This document shows, piece by piece, positions 9,608 to 17,878 of a stretch of 64,000 nt of DNA. Origin of the DNA: Pseudomonadota bacterium (GTDB lineage: Bacteria > Pseudomonadota > Gammaproteobacteria > Burkholderiales > JAKAFK01); assembly GCA_021788645.1 (NCBI GenBank), contig JAJYKK010000006.1, positions 6,022 to 70,021 on the forward strand, in the 5' to 3' direction. The notes under the pieces are model-generated. The model was not told where the DNA came from, ran no database searches, and saw nothing but the letters and a program-made list of their open reading frames with translations. The position numbers were made by a program, and so were the translations under genes. Each line of letters opens with the position of its first letter. Within the stretch, counting starts at the first letter, position 1.

Positions 9608-9623
9608 TGGCATTCTTCTTGCT
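9608..9623 (+). promoter_or_regulatory. Sigma-54 (-24/-12) promoter candidate for cargo gene 2
   Basis: TGGCATTCTTCTTGCT matches TGGCA...TTGCT with exact GG-N10-GC spacing. It lies at the end of an AT-rich tract, 88 nt upstream of the ATG at 9710. Confidence 0.6.
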
Positions 9624-9709
9624 AATCGTATAGCCGCCGCTTTGTCACGGCACCGTTAGGCCGCGCCAATGCGGTCGTAGGGATCACCACTAGAGAACTG
9701 GAGAGCGCA

Positions 9710-10405
9710 ATGATCAGAGAATGGATGGCAACGAGAGGACGTTGGGAGGCGATGGCGATGGTCGGTTTGTGCCTATGCGCGGCTCGCGCGCATGCATCGT
9801 CGAATTTCGACCCCGCCCTCCTCGGGCCTGGCTTTTTCGGTTCGCGGGCGGTGACCGAATGGCACGGCCAGGGCCGCCGGGCCCTCGCCCACTGGGACAT
9901 GTTCTCCGACGGTCTCGGCTTCCGTGCGGGGTCTCAAGTCACGGGCAGAAGGGCTTACGACCTGCGGCGCATCGCCATGCGCGCGCGCAATGGGGCCCTC
10001 CCGCACGACGGGCGCGGCTTGTTTAGGCGGTGGACGCTGTGGACTGCCTCATGCCTCGGCGGAGAGTGCCTGTCGCGCGACGACACGCGAACCGGAACCG
10101 CCTCGTGGCGCGCGGGGGACCTCACGCCATGGGACGGCTTACCTGACGGTCCACGCTTCTCGTTCCGCCTGGGACCGAGGCGATGGGACCGCCTGGCGGA
10201 TGATCCGTTTGCGCGCCCCCCAGTCCGTTGGCTCGTCCCGGCAGGGGCGAGCGGCCGGCTCACGGTCGCACTCGTGAGGCTGGACCGGATCGCAGACCGC
10301 TCACCTTCCGTCGCTCCGGCCCCAATCCCCGCGCCTGTGACGCTATTGGGGTCCGGACTCCTCGGGCTGGTCGGCTTCGCGCGCCGGCGTCCGCCCCGCC
10401 TGTAG
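9710..10405 (+). CDS. Secreted Arg/Trp-rich protein with exosortase-type C-terminal sorting domain
   Basis: 231 aa. A signal peptide (MAMVGLCLCAARAHA) and the C-terminal ...APIPAPVTLLGSGLLGLVGFARRRPPRL are in the same frame. GGAGAG lies 8 nt before the ATG. Alternative in-frame ATGs are at 9725 and 9752. Confidence 0.7.
   Translation: MIREWMATRGRWEAMAMVGLCLCAARAHASSNFDPALLGPGFFGSRAVTEWHGQGRRALAHWDMFSDGLGFRAGSQVTGRRAYDLRRIAMRARNGALPHDGRGLFRRWTLWTASCLGGECLSRDDTRTGTASWRAGDLTPWDGLPDGPRFSFRLGPRRWDRLADDPFARPPVRWLVPAGASGRLTVALVRLDRIADRSPSVAPAPIPAPVTLLGSGLLGLVGFARRRPPRL
10313..10402 (+). other. C-terminal sorting signal (I-P-A-P motif, TM helix, Arg cluster)
   Basis: In APAPIPAPVTLLGSGLLGLVGFARRRPPRL, the helix LLGSGLLGLVG-[LF]-AR is nearly identical to that of cargo 1. 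Confidence 0.75.
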
Positions 10406-10415
10406 CGCATCTTCC

Positions 10416-10439
10416 GCCGTCCGCCTATGCGCGGACGGC
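10416..10439. terminator. GC-rich hairpin between convergent genes (possible terminator)
   Basis: GCCGTCCGC-ctatgc-GCGGACGGC forms a 9-bp perfect stem 11 nt after the stop codon of cargo gene 2. No U-tract follows, so intrinsic-terminator status is uncertain. Confidence 0.3.
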
Positions 10440-10596
10440 CCCGGCCCGGGCGCCAGCGCCATGGGCCGAAGCCCCTCATCCCTTCCGCGCCGTGGCGCCC
10501 AGCCGTGTATGATCGCGCCGATGTTGCGGCCGCCGTGCCAGGGTTTGCGGCGTGCCGCTCGCATGGCGAGCGGCTCCCGTCGCCATCGGCGGGCGT

Positions 10597-11334
10597 TCAC
10601 CCTGGCACAGGCACGGGAAGCCTCTCGATTTTCCGGCAGGCGAACACGACGAGACTGTCCGCATAGCGCGCGAACCCAAGCATTCGCATGGCGGCGCCGA
10701 ACCACCCGATGGCGCCGTAGAAGCGGGTGTCCAACACCTCTAGGGAATGTCGGGCGAGGACGCCTTTGAAGGCCGTCTCTCCGGTGATGGTCTTGACACA
10801 CCCGTAATACCTGGGGACCCCAAACCAGCGGTAAGCCCATCGCTCCACTCGCCTGTAGAGGCTCTGCGCATTGGGCATCGAGACCAGCAATACGCCCCCG
10901 GGTTTCAGCGACGACGAGATGAAATGCAGGTCACGGTCGAGCCGGCCGGAATATTCCAGCACGCTCGAGCACAGCAGCAGGTCCACGAGGGGCAACCCTA
11001 AGGCTGGCGCCTCTTCGAGGGTCGAATGCACAAAGCGGATATTGTTCAGGCGTTCCTGCTCCGCCTTCCGGGTGGCAAGAGCAAGCATCTGGTCGCTGCC
11101 ATCGAGGGCAATGACCTGGGCGCCTCTCTTCGCGGCATAGGTCGCGAAGATCCCGCTGCCGCAGCCCAGATCGAGCACGACATGGTCTCGGGCGCCGAAG
11201 CGATCGATAAGCGCCGTCCACAGCGCATAACGCTCCCGAAATGCGGGGCTTCCCCGGTATTTCGCATCGAAGGCCGAAGCGATGTCGGAGTGCCACTGGA
11301 TCGCGTCGCGGCTGGCGAGCGTCTTGGCGGTCAT
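10597..11334 (-). CDS. Class I SAM-dependent methyltransferase
   Basis: The track ORF is trimmed to the ATG at 11334 (MTAKTLASRD...). The SAM motif VLDLGCGSGIFATYAAKRGAQVIALDGS is present. The gene lies directly downstream of the TPR gene. Confidence 0.8.
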   Translation of the reverse strand: MTAKTLASRDAIQWHSDIASAFDAKYRGSPAFRERYALWTALIDRFGARDHVVLDLGCGSGIFATYAAKRGAQVIALDGSDQMLALATRKAEQERLNNIRFVHSTLEEAPALGLPLVDLLLCSSVLEYSGRLDRDLHFISSSLKPGGVLLVSMPNAQSLYRRVERWAYRWFGVPRYYGCVKTITGETAFKGVLARHSLEVLDTRFYGAIGWFGAAMRMLGFARYADSLVVFACRKIERLPVPVPG

Positions 11335-11344
11335 GGGCGGATCC

Positions 11345-13726
11345 TCATAGGTGCGCCAGCAGCGCCTTGGCCTGCGCCGCGCCCGGAAACTGCGCGCCGT
11401 CGGCAAGGGCCGCGCGCAAGTGCGCTTTGGCCCTTGTTCGGTTGCCTGCGTCGTAATAGGCAAGCCCCAGGTGGTACTGAAAAACAGGAATCTTCGGCGC
11501 CGCCGCGACGGAACGCTGGAGGAGCGCAATGGCGCGTCCGTACTGTCCCATCTTCACATAGACCCAGCCCAGCGTGTCCACGAAACCCGCATTGCCGCTG
11601 TTCTGGAAGGGCGCGGCGAGCGCCAGCGCTTGACGCAGGCTTGCGGGATCTCCCTTGGCACGGGTAAGGAGAGAGGCAAGATTATTGGCCGCCAGCTGGT
11701 CGCCTGGGAAACGCCGGAGTATGCCTTCGTACGCCCGTATCGCCTGAGCGCTCTGTCCGGCCGCGCCATAGGCCTGAGCAAGCGACATCGACAACGCGGG
11801 ATTGTCCGGTTGTACGCGCAACCCTTGCTCGAGAATGGCGATCGCATCGGTCATGCGTCCCTCACCCGCATCAAGCTGCGCGAGCGCCTGATAGGGTGCC
11901 GGCGTGCGCGGGCTCAACGCCATCGCGTGGCGCAGGGCCGCCTGGGATGCCGCAAACTGCTTGTCCGCCATTTCGAGCATGCCGATCAGTTCGTAATGGC
12001 GCGCGCTCTTCGGCACGACGCGAATCGCTTGCGCGACGCGCGCGATGGCTTGCCGGGCGTGCCCCTGCGCCAGCAGAATCCGGGTCAGCGCCGCCAGCGG
12101 GGGAAAGGCGCCGGGATCTTGCTGCAGCGCGAGGGCAAAGGCCGAAAGCGCCCGATCCGGCTCCTGGCGCTGCGCATAAAATATGCCCAGCTGATAGTTG
12201 CCGACGTAGGCCGCAGGATGCGCATTCCGCCAGCCAACAAGGGCCCGCTCGGCGGCGTCGAAGTCCTTCTCGCCCACCAGCAGGGCGGTCTTCTTCTGAA
12301 AAACGCCGAGATTGTCCGGTTCGTTCTTGAGGACCGCATTCAGCTGCGCGAGGGCGCCTCGGTAATGCTTCGTCGCCTCAAGAAAGTCGGCCATCGCGAT
12401 CCGGATGGCGGCATCGTCGGGATAGGCTGCGAGGGCGTTGGTAAAGACCGCCTGGGCGAGCTGCGGATCGCCGTTGGCCAGATGGGCCTTGGCCAGCAGC
12501 AGGAGGACCTCAGGCGAGTTCGGTTCCTCCTTCAAAACCGATCGGAAATCGTCCACCGCGTCCAGCGCATCGTCATGGGCCAGCCGCATCTCGCCTTGCA
12601 GCAGCAGCGCATCGACATTGCCCGCGTCGTGCGCGAGAACCGCCTTGAGGAGCTTGTCAGCCTGCGCGCGCTTCCCTTGCGCATTCTCCAGGCCGGCAAG
12701 CAGGGTCGATGCCTTAAGCCCGGCCGGTCCGTCGCCGTCGGCGTGAATGACGCGCTGCAACGCCGCTTGCGCCTCGTCGGGCCGCCCCATCTGCTGGTAG
12801 AGGCTCGCCAGGGCGAAGCTCAGCTCATAGACCTTGGGGTGCGTGTCCGCCACGCCGGCCAGCATTCGCGCGGCGGCCGGCAGGCCCTCCCGGGCCCCCA
12901 GGAAGGATGTCAGCAGGAGGTAGGGCTGCGGGTCGTCAGGCGTCTGCGCGATGGCCTGCCGGAGGGTGGCTTCCGCCCGAGCCGGGTGCGCGGTGCGGGC
13001 ATAGAAGGCGGCGAGGGCCGCGCGATACGGCAGCTCCTTCGGGGCGATGGCAATCGCCGCCCGATAGGCCTGCTCGGCCTGAGCCCATTGTCCGGCGCTC
13101 CCCGCCACCAGCGCGTAGTCCTCGCGCAGCGCGGCATCTCGCGGGCTCGCCTTGATCCCCATCGCGAGCACCGCCTCGGCGCGCGACGTATCGTGTGCTT
13201 CGCCATAGAGTTGGGCGAGCAGAACCACGGCGTCGGACTCGGCCGGATCCTGCCCGACCACTTGGGCAAGCTCCCGGATCGCGGCCGCGGCATTCCCCTG
13301 GCGCACCGCCACGGCCGCATCGAGCGTATGCCCTGCGGGATCGGCCGGTCGCGCGCGCAAGACGGCCTTGGCGAGCCGGGCGGCGTGGGCCGAGTCACCG
13401 GCGAACAGGTAGAGCTCGCCCAGGCGCACCTCGGCCTTGATGTCGCCGGGGTCGAGCTCGACCGCCTTGCGGTAGTCCGCGAAGGCCAGCGGCCAGTCCT
13501 GCTCGGCTTGCGCGACCCGCCCCGAGTAGTAGAAGCCTGCCACGCTCTTGGGGTCGATTTGCAGCACGTTTTCGAATTCCACCCGCGCCTTGCCATACTG
13601 GTGGCGGGCATAGAAGGCCTCGCCTCTTTTCAGATGCGCCGCCTCGCTCATGCCCCTCCCGCACCCCGCGAGCACCGCACACCCCAGCAACGCGAGAACA
13701 ACCCCCTTAGGCGCCAAGTTTCTCAT
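11345..13726 (-). CDS. prsT: TPR-repeat lipoprotein, PEP-CTERM-system PrsT-like
   Basis: The ORF is trimmed to the ATG at 13726, preceded by GGAGGG. The N-terminus MRNLAPKGVVLALLGCAVLAGC carries a lipobox. About 790 aa of tandem TPR-like repeats follow. It is adjacent to the exosortase, as expected for the PrsT family (TIGR02917, from memory). Confidence 0.78.
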   Translation of the reverse strand: MRNLAPKGVVLALLGCAVLAGCGRGMSEAAHLKRGEAFYARHQYGKARVEFENVLQIDPKSVAGFYYSGRVAQAEQDWPLAFADYRKAVELDPGDIKAEVRLGELYLFAGDSAHAARLAKAVLRARPADPAGHTLDAAVAVRQGNAAAAIRELAQVVGQDPAESDAVVLLAQLYGEAHDTSRAEAVLAMGIKASPRDAALREDYALVAGSAGQWAQAEQAYRAAIAIAPKELPYRAALAAFYARTAHPARAEATLRQAIAQTPDDPQPYLLLTSFLGAREGLPAAARMLAGVADTHPKVYELSFALASLYQQMGRPDEAQAALQRVIHADGDGPAGLKASTLLAGLENAQGKRAQADKLLKAVLAHDAGNVDALLLQGEMRLAHDDALDAVDDFRSVLKEEPNSPEVLLLLAKAHLANGDPQLAQAVFTNALAAYPDDAAIRIAMADFLEATKHYRGALAQLNAVLKNEPDNLGVFQKKTALLVGEKDFDAAERALVGWRNAHPAAYVGNYQLGIFYAQRQEPDRALSAFALALQQDPGAFPPLAALTRILLAQGHARQAIARVAQAIRVVPKSARHYELIGMLEMADKQFAASQAALRHAMALSPRTPAPYQALAQLDAGEGRMTDAIAILEQGLRVQPDNPALSMSLAQAYGAAGQSAQAIRAYEGILRRFPGDQLAANNLASLLTRAKGDPASLRQALALAAPFQNSGNAGFVDTLGWVYVKMGQYGRAIALLQRSVAAAPKIPVFQYHLGLAYYDAGNRTRAKAHLRAALADGAQFPGAAQAKALLAHL

Positions 13727-13798
13727 CCACTGCCCTCCATTATTGTTTCCATCCCGATGTCCAGCCGTTGCACGCGGCGTCCCCGAAAACACGCCTCG

Positions 13799-15436
13799 TC
13801 AGCTGGACAGCACCCATCTGGCGACCACGGCAAGAAGCGTGACATAGGACACCAGTCGCAAGCAGTCCCACCGGCGCCAGAGGTGGTTCAAGACCAATTC
13901 GACTCCATAGAACAACACGATCGCCTTGGCGACGGCGGCCCCCAAATGAATGCGGCTGCCATGCAAGGCAGGCAGGTTGGGAACCGCCAAGGCCAGGAAG
14001 ATCACCAGGAAATCGAGCGGAGTGACCTGGAAGCGGCCCTCGCTGGAAAAGCGAAAGCCCACCATGATCGCCGCCGCCAGCATGGCCATGTAGATGTTCT
14101 CGTACAACGCCATGTGGGCAAAGTCCCCGCCCGTCTGCCGGAGGTGGACCACCAGCACGCACGTGACATAGAGCACCGCACGCTCGATGGCGCCAAACGG
14201 CTGTCGCCGCTGCCGCGGATAAAGAAAAAGCGAAACCGCCCCCAGGGCGGCAGCAAGCCCACCCATGCCGGCCGACACGGGAGCGGCCTGGGCGACGGCG
14301 AGGAGGAAGTAGCCCGGGATCGTGAAGGCCGCGAAGAAGAACGCATAATTGGCTAATCGCCTTCGCTGTCCCGGCCACCGGCCGTTGCGCGCAAGGAAGG
14401 ATGCGGGCGGACGCCCGCCGGGCGGACGGGCCCGCCAACGCGCGCTCGCCGCCCATTGGAAGAAGAGGAGGACGCCGGCGCAGAACCCGACATAGGTTCC
14501 GACGATGAGCGAATCCGGGTCATCGCGCAGGAAGAGCGCGGCGACGACCAGCAGCGCCTGCGCCACATAGATCAGGAAAACCGCCTCATAATGGTCGAAT
14601 CCCAGGGCCAGCAGCTGATGGTGAATGTGCCGCTTGTCGGGCGAGAAGGGTGATTTGCCATCGCAGATGCGCAGCACCATCACCATCAGCGTGTCGAGGA
14701 TGGGCAAGCCCAGCAGCATCGCGGGAATGGCGGGGCTCAAGGGCGTGTCAGGCCGCTGCGTGAGAAGAATGGCCAGGACTCCCGTGGAAAAGCCCAGAAA
14801 CTGGCTCCCGCCGTCGCCCATGAAGATGCGCGCCGGATAGGTGTTGAAGCGCAGGAAGCCCAGAATGCTGCCCATGACCGCAAGCGCCACCACCATCAGG
14901 GCATAGGCGTCCACGATATAGGCGAGCGCGGCCACCGCCATCAGGCTGAGCAAGGTGGTTCCGCCGGCCAGCCCATCGAGGCCATCGGCGAGATTGATGG
15001 CGTTGGTAATCCCGAGGAGCGCGAACACGGTCAAGGGAATGGAGACGTAGGCGGGCAACCTCGAGGATTCCATGAACGGCACCGAATGGATCGCCACGCC
15101 GCCATGCACGACGACGATCAGGATGGCGATCAGCTGCCCGAGAAACTTGACCCGGTAGTCGAGGTTCTTGCGATCATCCCAGACCCCGAAGGCCAGGATG
15201 ATCGCGGTGCCCCACAGGTAGGCACTGACCGCCCGGGATGCGGCGAGCCAGAGGGCGACGGGCAGCACGGCGCCGACCGCCATCGCCAGGCCCCCGATGC
15301 GCGGGATCGGCCGCGTGTGGACCTTCCGCTCGTCCGGCACATCGACGAACTGCAGCCACTCTGCCGAGCGCATCAGGGGAGGGATCAACGCCATGGTGAC
15401 GAACATGGCGCTGAGGAAGCTGGCGAAATAAATCAC
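13799..15436 (-). CDS. WecA/MraY-family polyprenyl-phosphate HexNAc-1-phosphate transferase with extra C-terminal membrane domain
   Basis: 545 aa. VDVPDERKVHTRPIPRIGGLAMA...GVWDDRKNLDYRVKFLGQ...NAINLADGLDGLAGG are GT4 (MraY/WecA) motifs. About 190 additional hydrophobic residues follow the usual end of the domain. Confidence 0.85.
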   Translation of the reverse strand: MIYFASFLSAMFVTMALIPPLMRSAEWLQFVDVPDERKVHTRPIPRIGGLAMAVGAVLPVALWLAASRAVSAYLWGTAIILAFGVWDDRKNLDYRVKFLGQLIAILIVVVHGGVAIHSVPFMESSRLPAYVSIPLTVFALLGITNAINLADGLDGLAGGTTLLSLMAVAALAYIVDAYALMVVALAVMGSILGFLRFNTYPARIFMGDGGSQFLGFSTGVLAILLTQRPDTPLSPAIPAMLLGLPILDTLMVMVLRICDGKSPFSPDKRHIHHQLLALGFDHYEAVFLIYVAQALLVVAALFLRDDPDSLIVGTYVGFCAGVLLFFQWAASARWRARPPGGRPPASFLARNGRWPGQRRRLANYAFFFAAFTIPGYFLLAVAQAAPVSAGMGGLAAALGAVSLFLYPRQRRQPFGAIERAVLYVTCVLVVHLRQTGGDFAHMALYENIYMAMLAAAIMVGFRFSSEGRFQVTPLDFLVIFLALAVPNLPALHGSRIHLGAAVAKAIVLFYGVELVLNHLWRRWDCLRLVSYVTLLAVVARWVLSS

Positions 15437-15446
15437 CGCGGGCGCC

Positions 15447-17033
15447 TTAGTTCGGGACGTAGCTGGTCAGGCGCGGAACGGCGGCCCGCGCAAAACTGCT
15501 CAGGATCCGGTCGGCACGGCTGGGCGATTCGCCGGGCGAAAGTTCAGTGGTCAGGCGAACCAGCGCGCCGTCGGTGCGGTTTTGCCGGAGCGCATCCCAC
15601 AGCAGGTACCATTTCGCCAGGTATTCATTGGTAATGATCCTCCCCCGCTCCTGGAACCAGTAATACACAAGCTCCTTGACGTTGCCCTTGGCGATGACCA
15701 GACGATTCACGCGTAGCGGGTGTCCATTGACCCGCACGCCGCGCACCGCTCTTTGCGTCAGGCTCGTGATCTCCCAGCCGCCCCCGGGGATGCAGGTGCG
15801 CGGCGAGTGCGCCGACGCGCCTTTGCGCTGAGAGGCATAATAGGCCACATAGAAATTGACCACCTTGCGCGCCGTGCCGACATAATCGGCCAACAGGTAG
15901 TCCGTGAACTTGAGCTGCTTGATATAGATGTCGGCCATCTGTCCGCCGTGCCCTTGCCAGCCCGGAAGGTGCATCGGGAAGGTCGCAAAGTCTTGTCGCT
16001 TAGGCGTGACTTCGGCCCGCTTGGGGAGCGCGGTGGTGGCCAAAGCGACCAGGGCGAGGAGCCCCACCGCGACCAAATAGGAGGTGGGTAGCCGTCTGAC
16101 GCGGGCGCCGCGCGCGCGGGCACCGCGCGGCCACTCCAGCCCAAACACTTCGGCCAGATGCCGCCTGTCTCTGCCCACGCGGGCCATGACCCACATCTCC
16201 CCCACCAGGAGCGCCGTGCAGATCATGAAGATCACCCATCCCTCGAAAAGATGGAGAAAGCCCTCCGCCATCGCGCGGCCCCACCAGTCGACCGTCACGC
16301 CCACCAAGCCGATCCGGAAACTGTTCATCAGCACGGTCATGGGCACGGTGGAGACAAACACCAGCGCCCGTTTCCAGAGCGGCGCCTGAAACAGATAGGC
16401 CGCCACGAACCCCAGGGTCATCAGCGGAAACAGGTAGCGCAACCCGCTGCAGGCGTCGACCACCTGCAATTTGAGGCTGCCGAGATCGATGACGTTGCCG
16501 GCAAGATAGACGCTGTCCCCGAACGCCCGGATGAAGTCCACCCCCAACCGGGAGGACAACAGCTCGAGCTGCTCGGAGAGATTGTTGTAAAGGAAATTCG
16601 GCAGCGGAATCATCAGCCCCAGGATCAGCACGGGAATGCCGATCACCCGGAAGGCCCGCGGCCCCATGAAGGCCAGCGTCACGCCTGCCAGCACGACGAG
16701 AAAGGCGTATTGCACCAGAATGTACAGGGCGGACAGCTGCCCTGCGCCATACACCAGGGCGCCCAGCAGCACCACCGCGACACCCATCCAGGACCCGTCG
16801 AACGGCAAGCGCGCGAGGCGGTCCGACCGCTGCCAGACCAGGAACAGCGCAATCAATGGGATCAAGGGACCGTAACTGTATTCCGCGTGCGCTGGACTGA
16901 ACCACCATTGCACCATGACCGCGAGCCCGGCGTGGAAGACGCTCGCGAGAAGAAGCGCGGCCAGGGCCATGGAAGCCCATGCCGCGACCGACAGTTTCCA
17001 AAGGCTGGGTTCGTGTCCGCTCGCCACATCCAT
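15447..17033 (-). CDS. Exosortase fused to an EpsI-family domain
   Basis: 528 aa. Exosortase signature residues appear in VVDACSGLRYLF (Cys), LMNSFRIGL (Arg) and FLHLFEGW (His). The C-terminal ~200 aa carry the EpsI motif HSPRTCIPGGGW. Confidence 0.9.
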   Translation of the reverse strand: MDVASGHEPSLWKLSVAAWASMALAALLLASVFHAGLAVMVQWWFSPAHAEYSYGPLIPLIALFLVWQRSDRLARLPFDGSWMGVAVVLLGALVYGAGQLSALYILVQYAFLVVLAGVTLAFMGPRAFRVIGIPVLILGLMIPLPNFLYNNLSEQLELLSSRLGVDFIRAFGDSVYLAGNVIDLGSLKLQVVDACSGLRYLFPLMTLGFVAAYLFQAPLWKRALVFVSTVPMTVLMNSFRIGLVGVTVDWWGRAMAEGFLHLFEGWVIFMICTALLVGEMWVMARVGRDRRHLAEVFGLEWPRGARARGARVRRLPTSYLVAVGLLALVALATTALPKRAEVTPKRQDFATFPMHLPGWQGHGGQMADIYIKQLKFTDYLLADYVGTARKVVNFYVAYYASQRKGASAHSPRTCIPGGGWEITSLTQRAVRGVRVNGHPLRVNRLVIAKGNVKELVYYWFQERGRIITNEYLAKWYLLWDALRQNRTDGALVRLTTELSPGESPSRADRILSSFARAAVPRLTSYVPN

Positions 17034-17296
17034 GCATCAACCCCAAGCAATTTTGATTAAGTGGTTTCCGGCCCTGCTGTCGCGCAGGCCCCCTGCGGGA
17101 CAGCCTTCCGTCTAGGGTGCGCGCGGGGCGGCAATGCCCTTCCCCCCCGGGGATCGACCGCGCTCGCCGAGCAGCACGACGGGTGCTCGGACGGCCCTTG
17201 TCGCACGCCCTCAGGACGCTTGCGAGAGCCTCGCGCGATGACCCGCTGACGCCCGACGCGAGGGCCGCACGAGCTTGCGGACCCCAGGCGCGACGT

Positions 17297-17311
17297 GCGT
17301 CAACGGTGCCA
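17297..17311 (-). promoter_or_regulatory. Weak sigma-54-like candidate upstream of the exosortase
   Basis: The minus strand reads TGGCACCGTTGACGC. It has a perfect -24 TGGCAC and correct GG-N10-GC spacing, but the -12 element is ACGC rather than TTGC. It sits ~265 nt upstream of the ATG at 17033. Matches of this quality are expected by chance in GC-rich DNA. Confidence 0.25.
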
Positions 17312-17878
17312 TGCACCGCTGCACCTCACACGGTTTTCCATAGGACCGGCCCTTGCGGGATTTGCATGGGCCCTAGCGCCGTGCCGGATCTCCACCATGC
17401 CGCCGGCTCGGACGGATCTAGAGCAACGAGTGGCGCAACGCCTCCCCATTGCCCGAGAAAGTAAGGCAGCCTCCTTCCCCATGGATCGCCCCGATCGAGC
17501 CAATATCCCGAACCTCCCCATGTCTGAAGCCAGGGGCTTGCGCTCATACTTGGTCAAGCGGCGCATAAGCCAATGGACGACGGGATCTTGTCCCACAAAT
17601 AGGGCGCTTTTTCATCCATCATAGGAGACTTTCACGAAATTTAAAGGCGCTCACGCCTGTTTCCCACAGGCACCCCTTCGCTGCCGCGCCGCGCCCGATA
17701 TCCAATCCTAAGCGCGGCCCTAATCTGCTGCGGAAACGGTCTCATACGGCCTTCGCGCCGCCCCCGGAACCGGGCACGCGCATCGAGGTGAGCACCCCGA
17801 GCGCCCTGGGACAGAATCGCCCGGCGCCAGACCCTAAAAATGGCGCAGGGCGCACCGATAGACGACGCGGGCCGAACC

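Noticed and set aside
11351-14356. 1001-aa ORF on the plus strand
   Set aside because: It is entirely antisense to the PrsT-like TPR gene and the WecA-like gene, which have clear family motifs. Its translation is low-complexity and Arg/Gly/Leu-rich with no motifs. This is the typical stop-poor antisense frame of GC-rich DNA.
16000-17316. 438-aa minus-strand ORF overlapping the exosortase
   Set aside because: It is an alternative frame of the exosortase gene that extends into the spacer. Its composition is Arg/Gly/Ala-rich, while the exosortase frame carries the catalytic motifs.
17326-17547. 73-aa Trp/Gly-rich ORF in the spacer upstream of the exosortase
   Set aside because: Third-codon positions are visibly mixed rather than GC-dominated as in neighbouring genes. 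It has no RBS, signal peptide or motif. It is kept only as part of the spacer finding.
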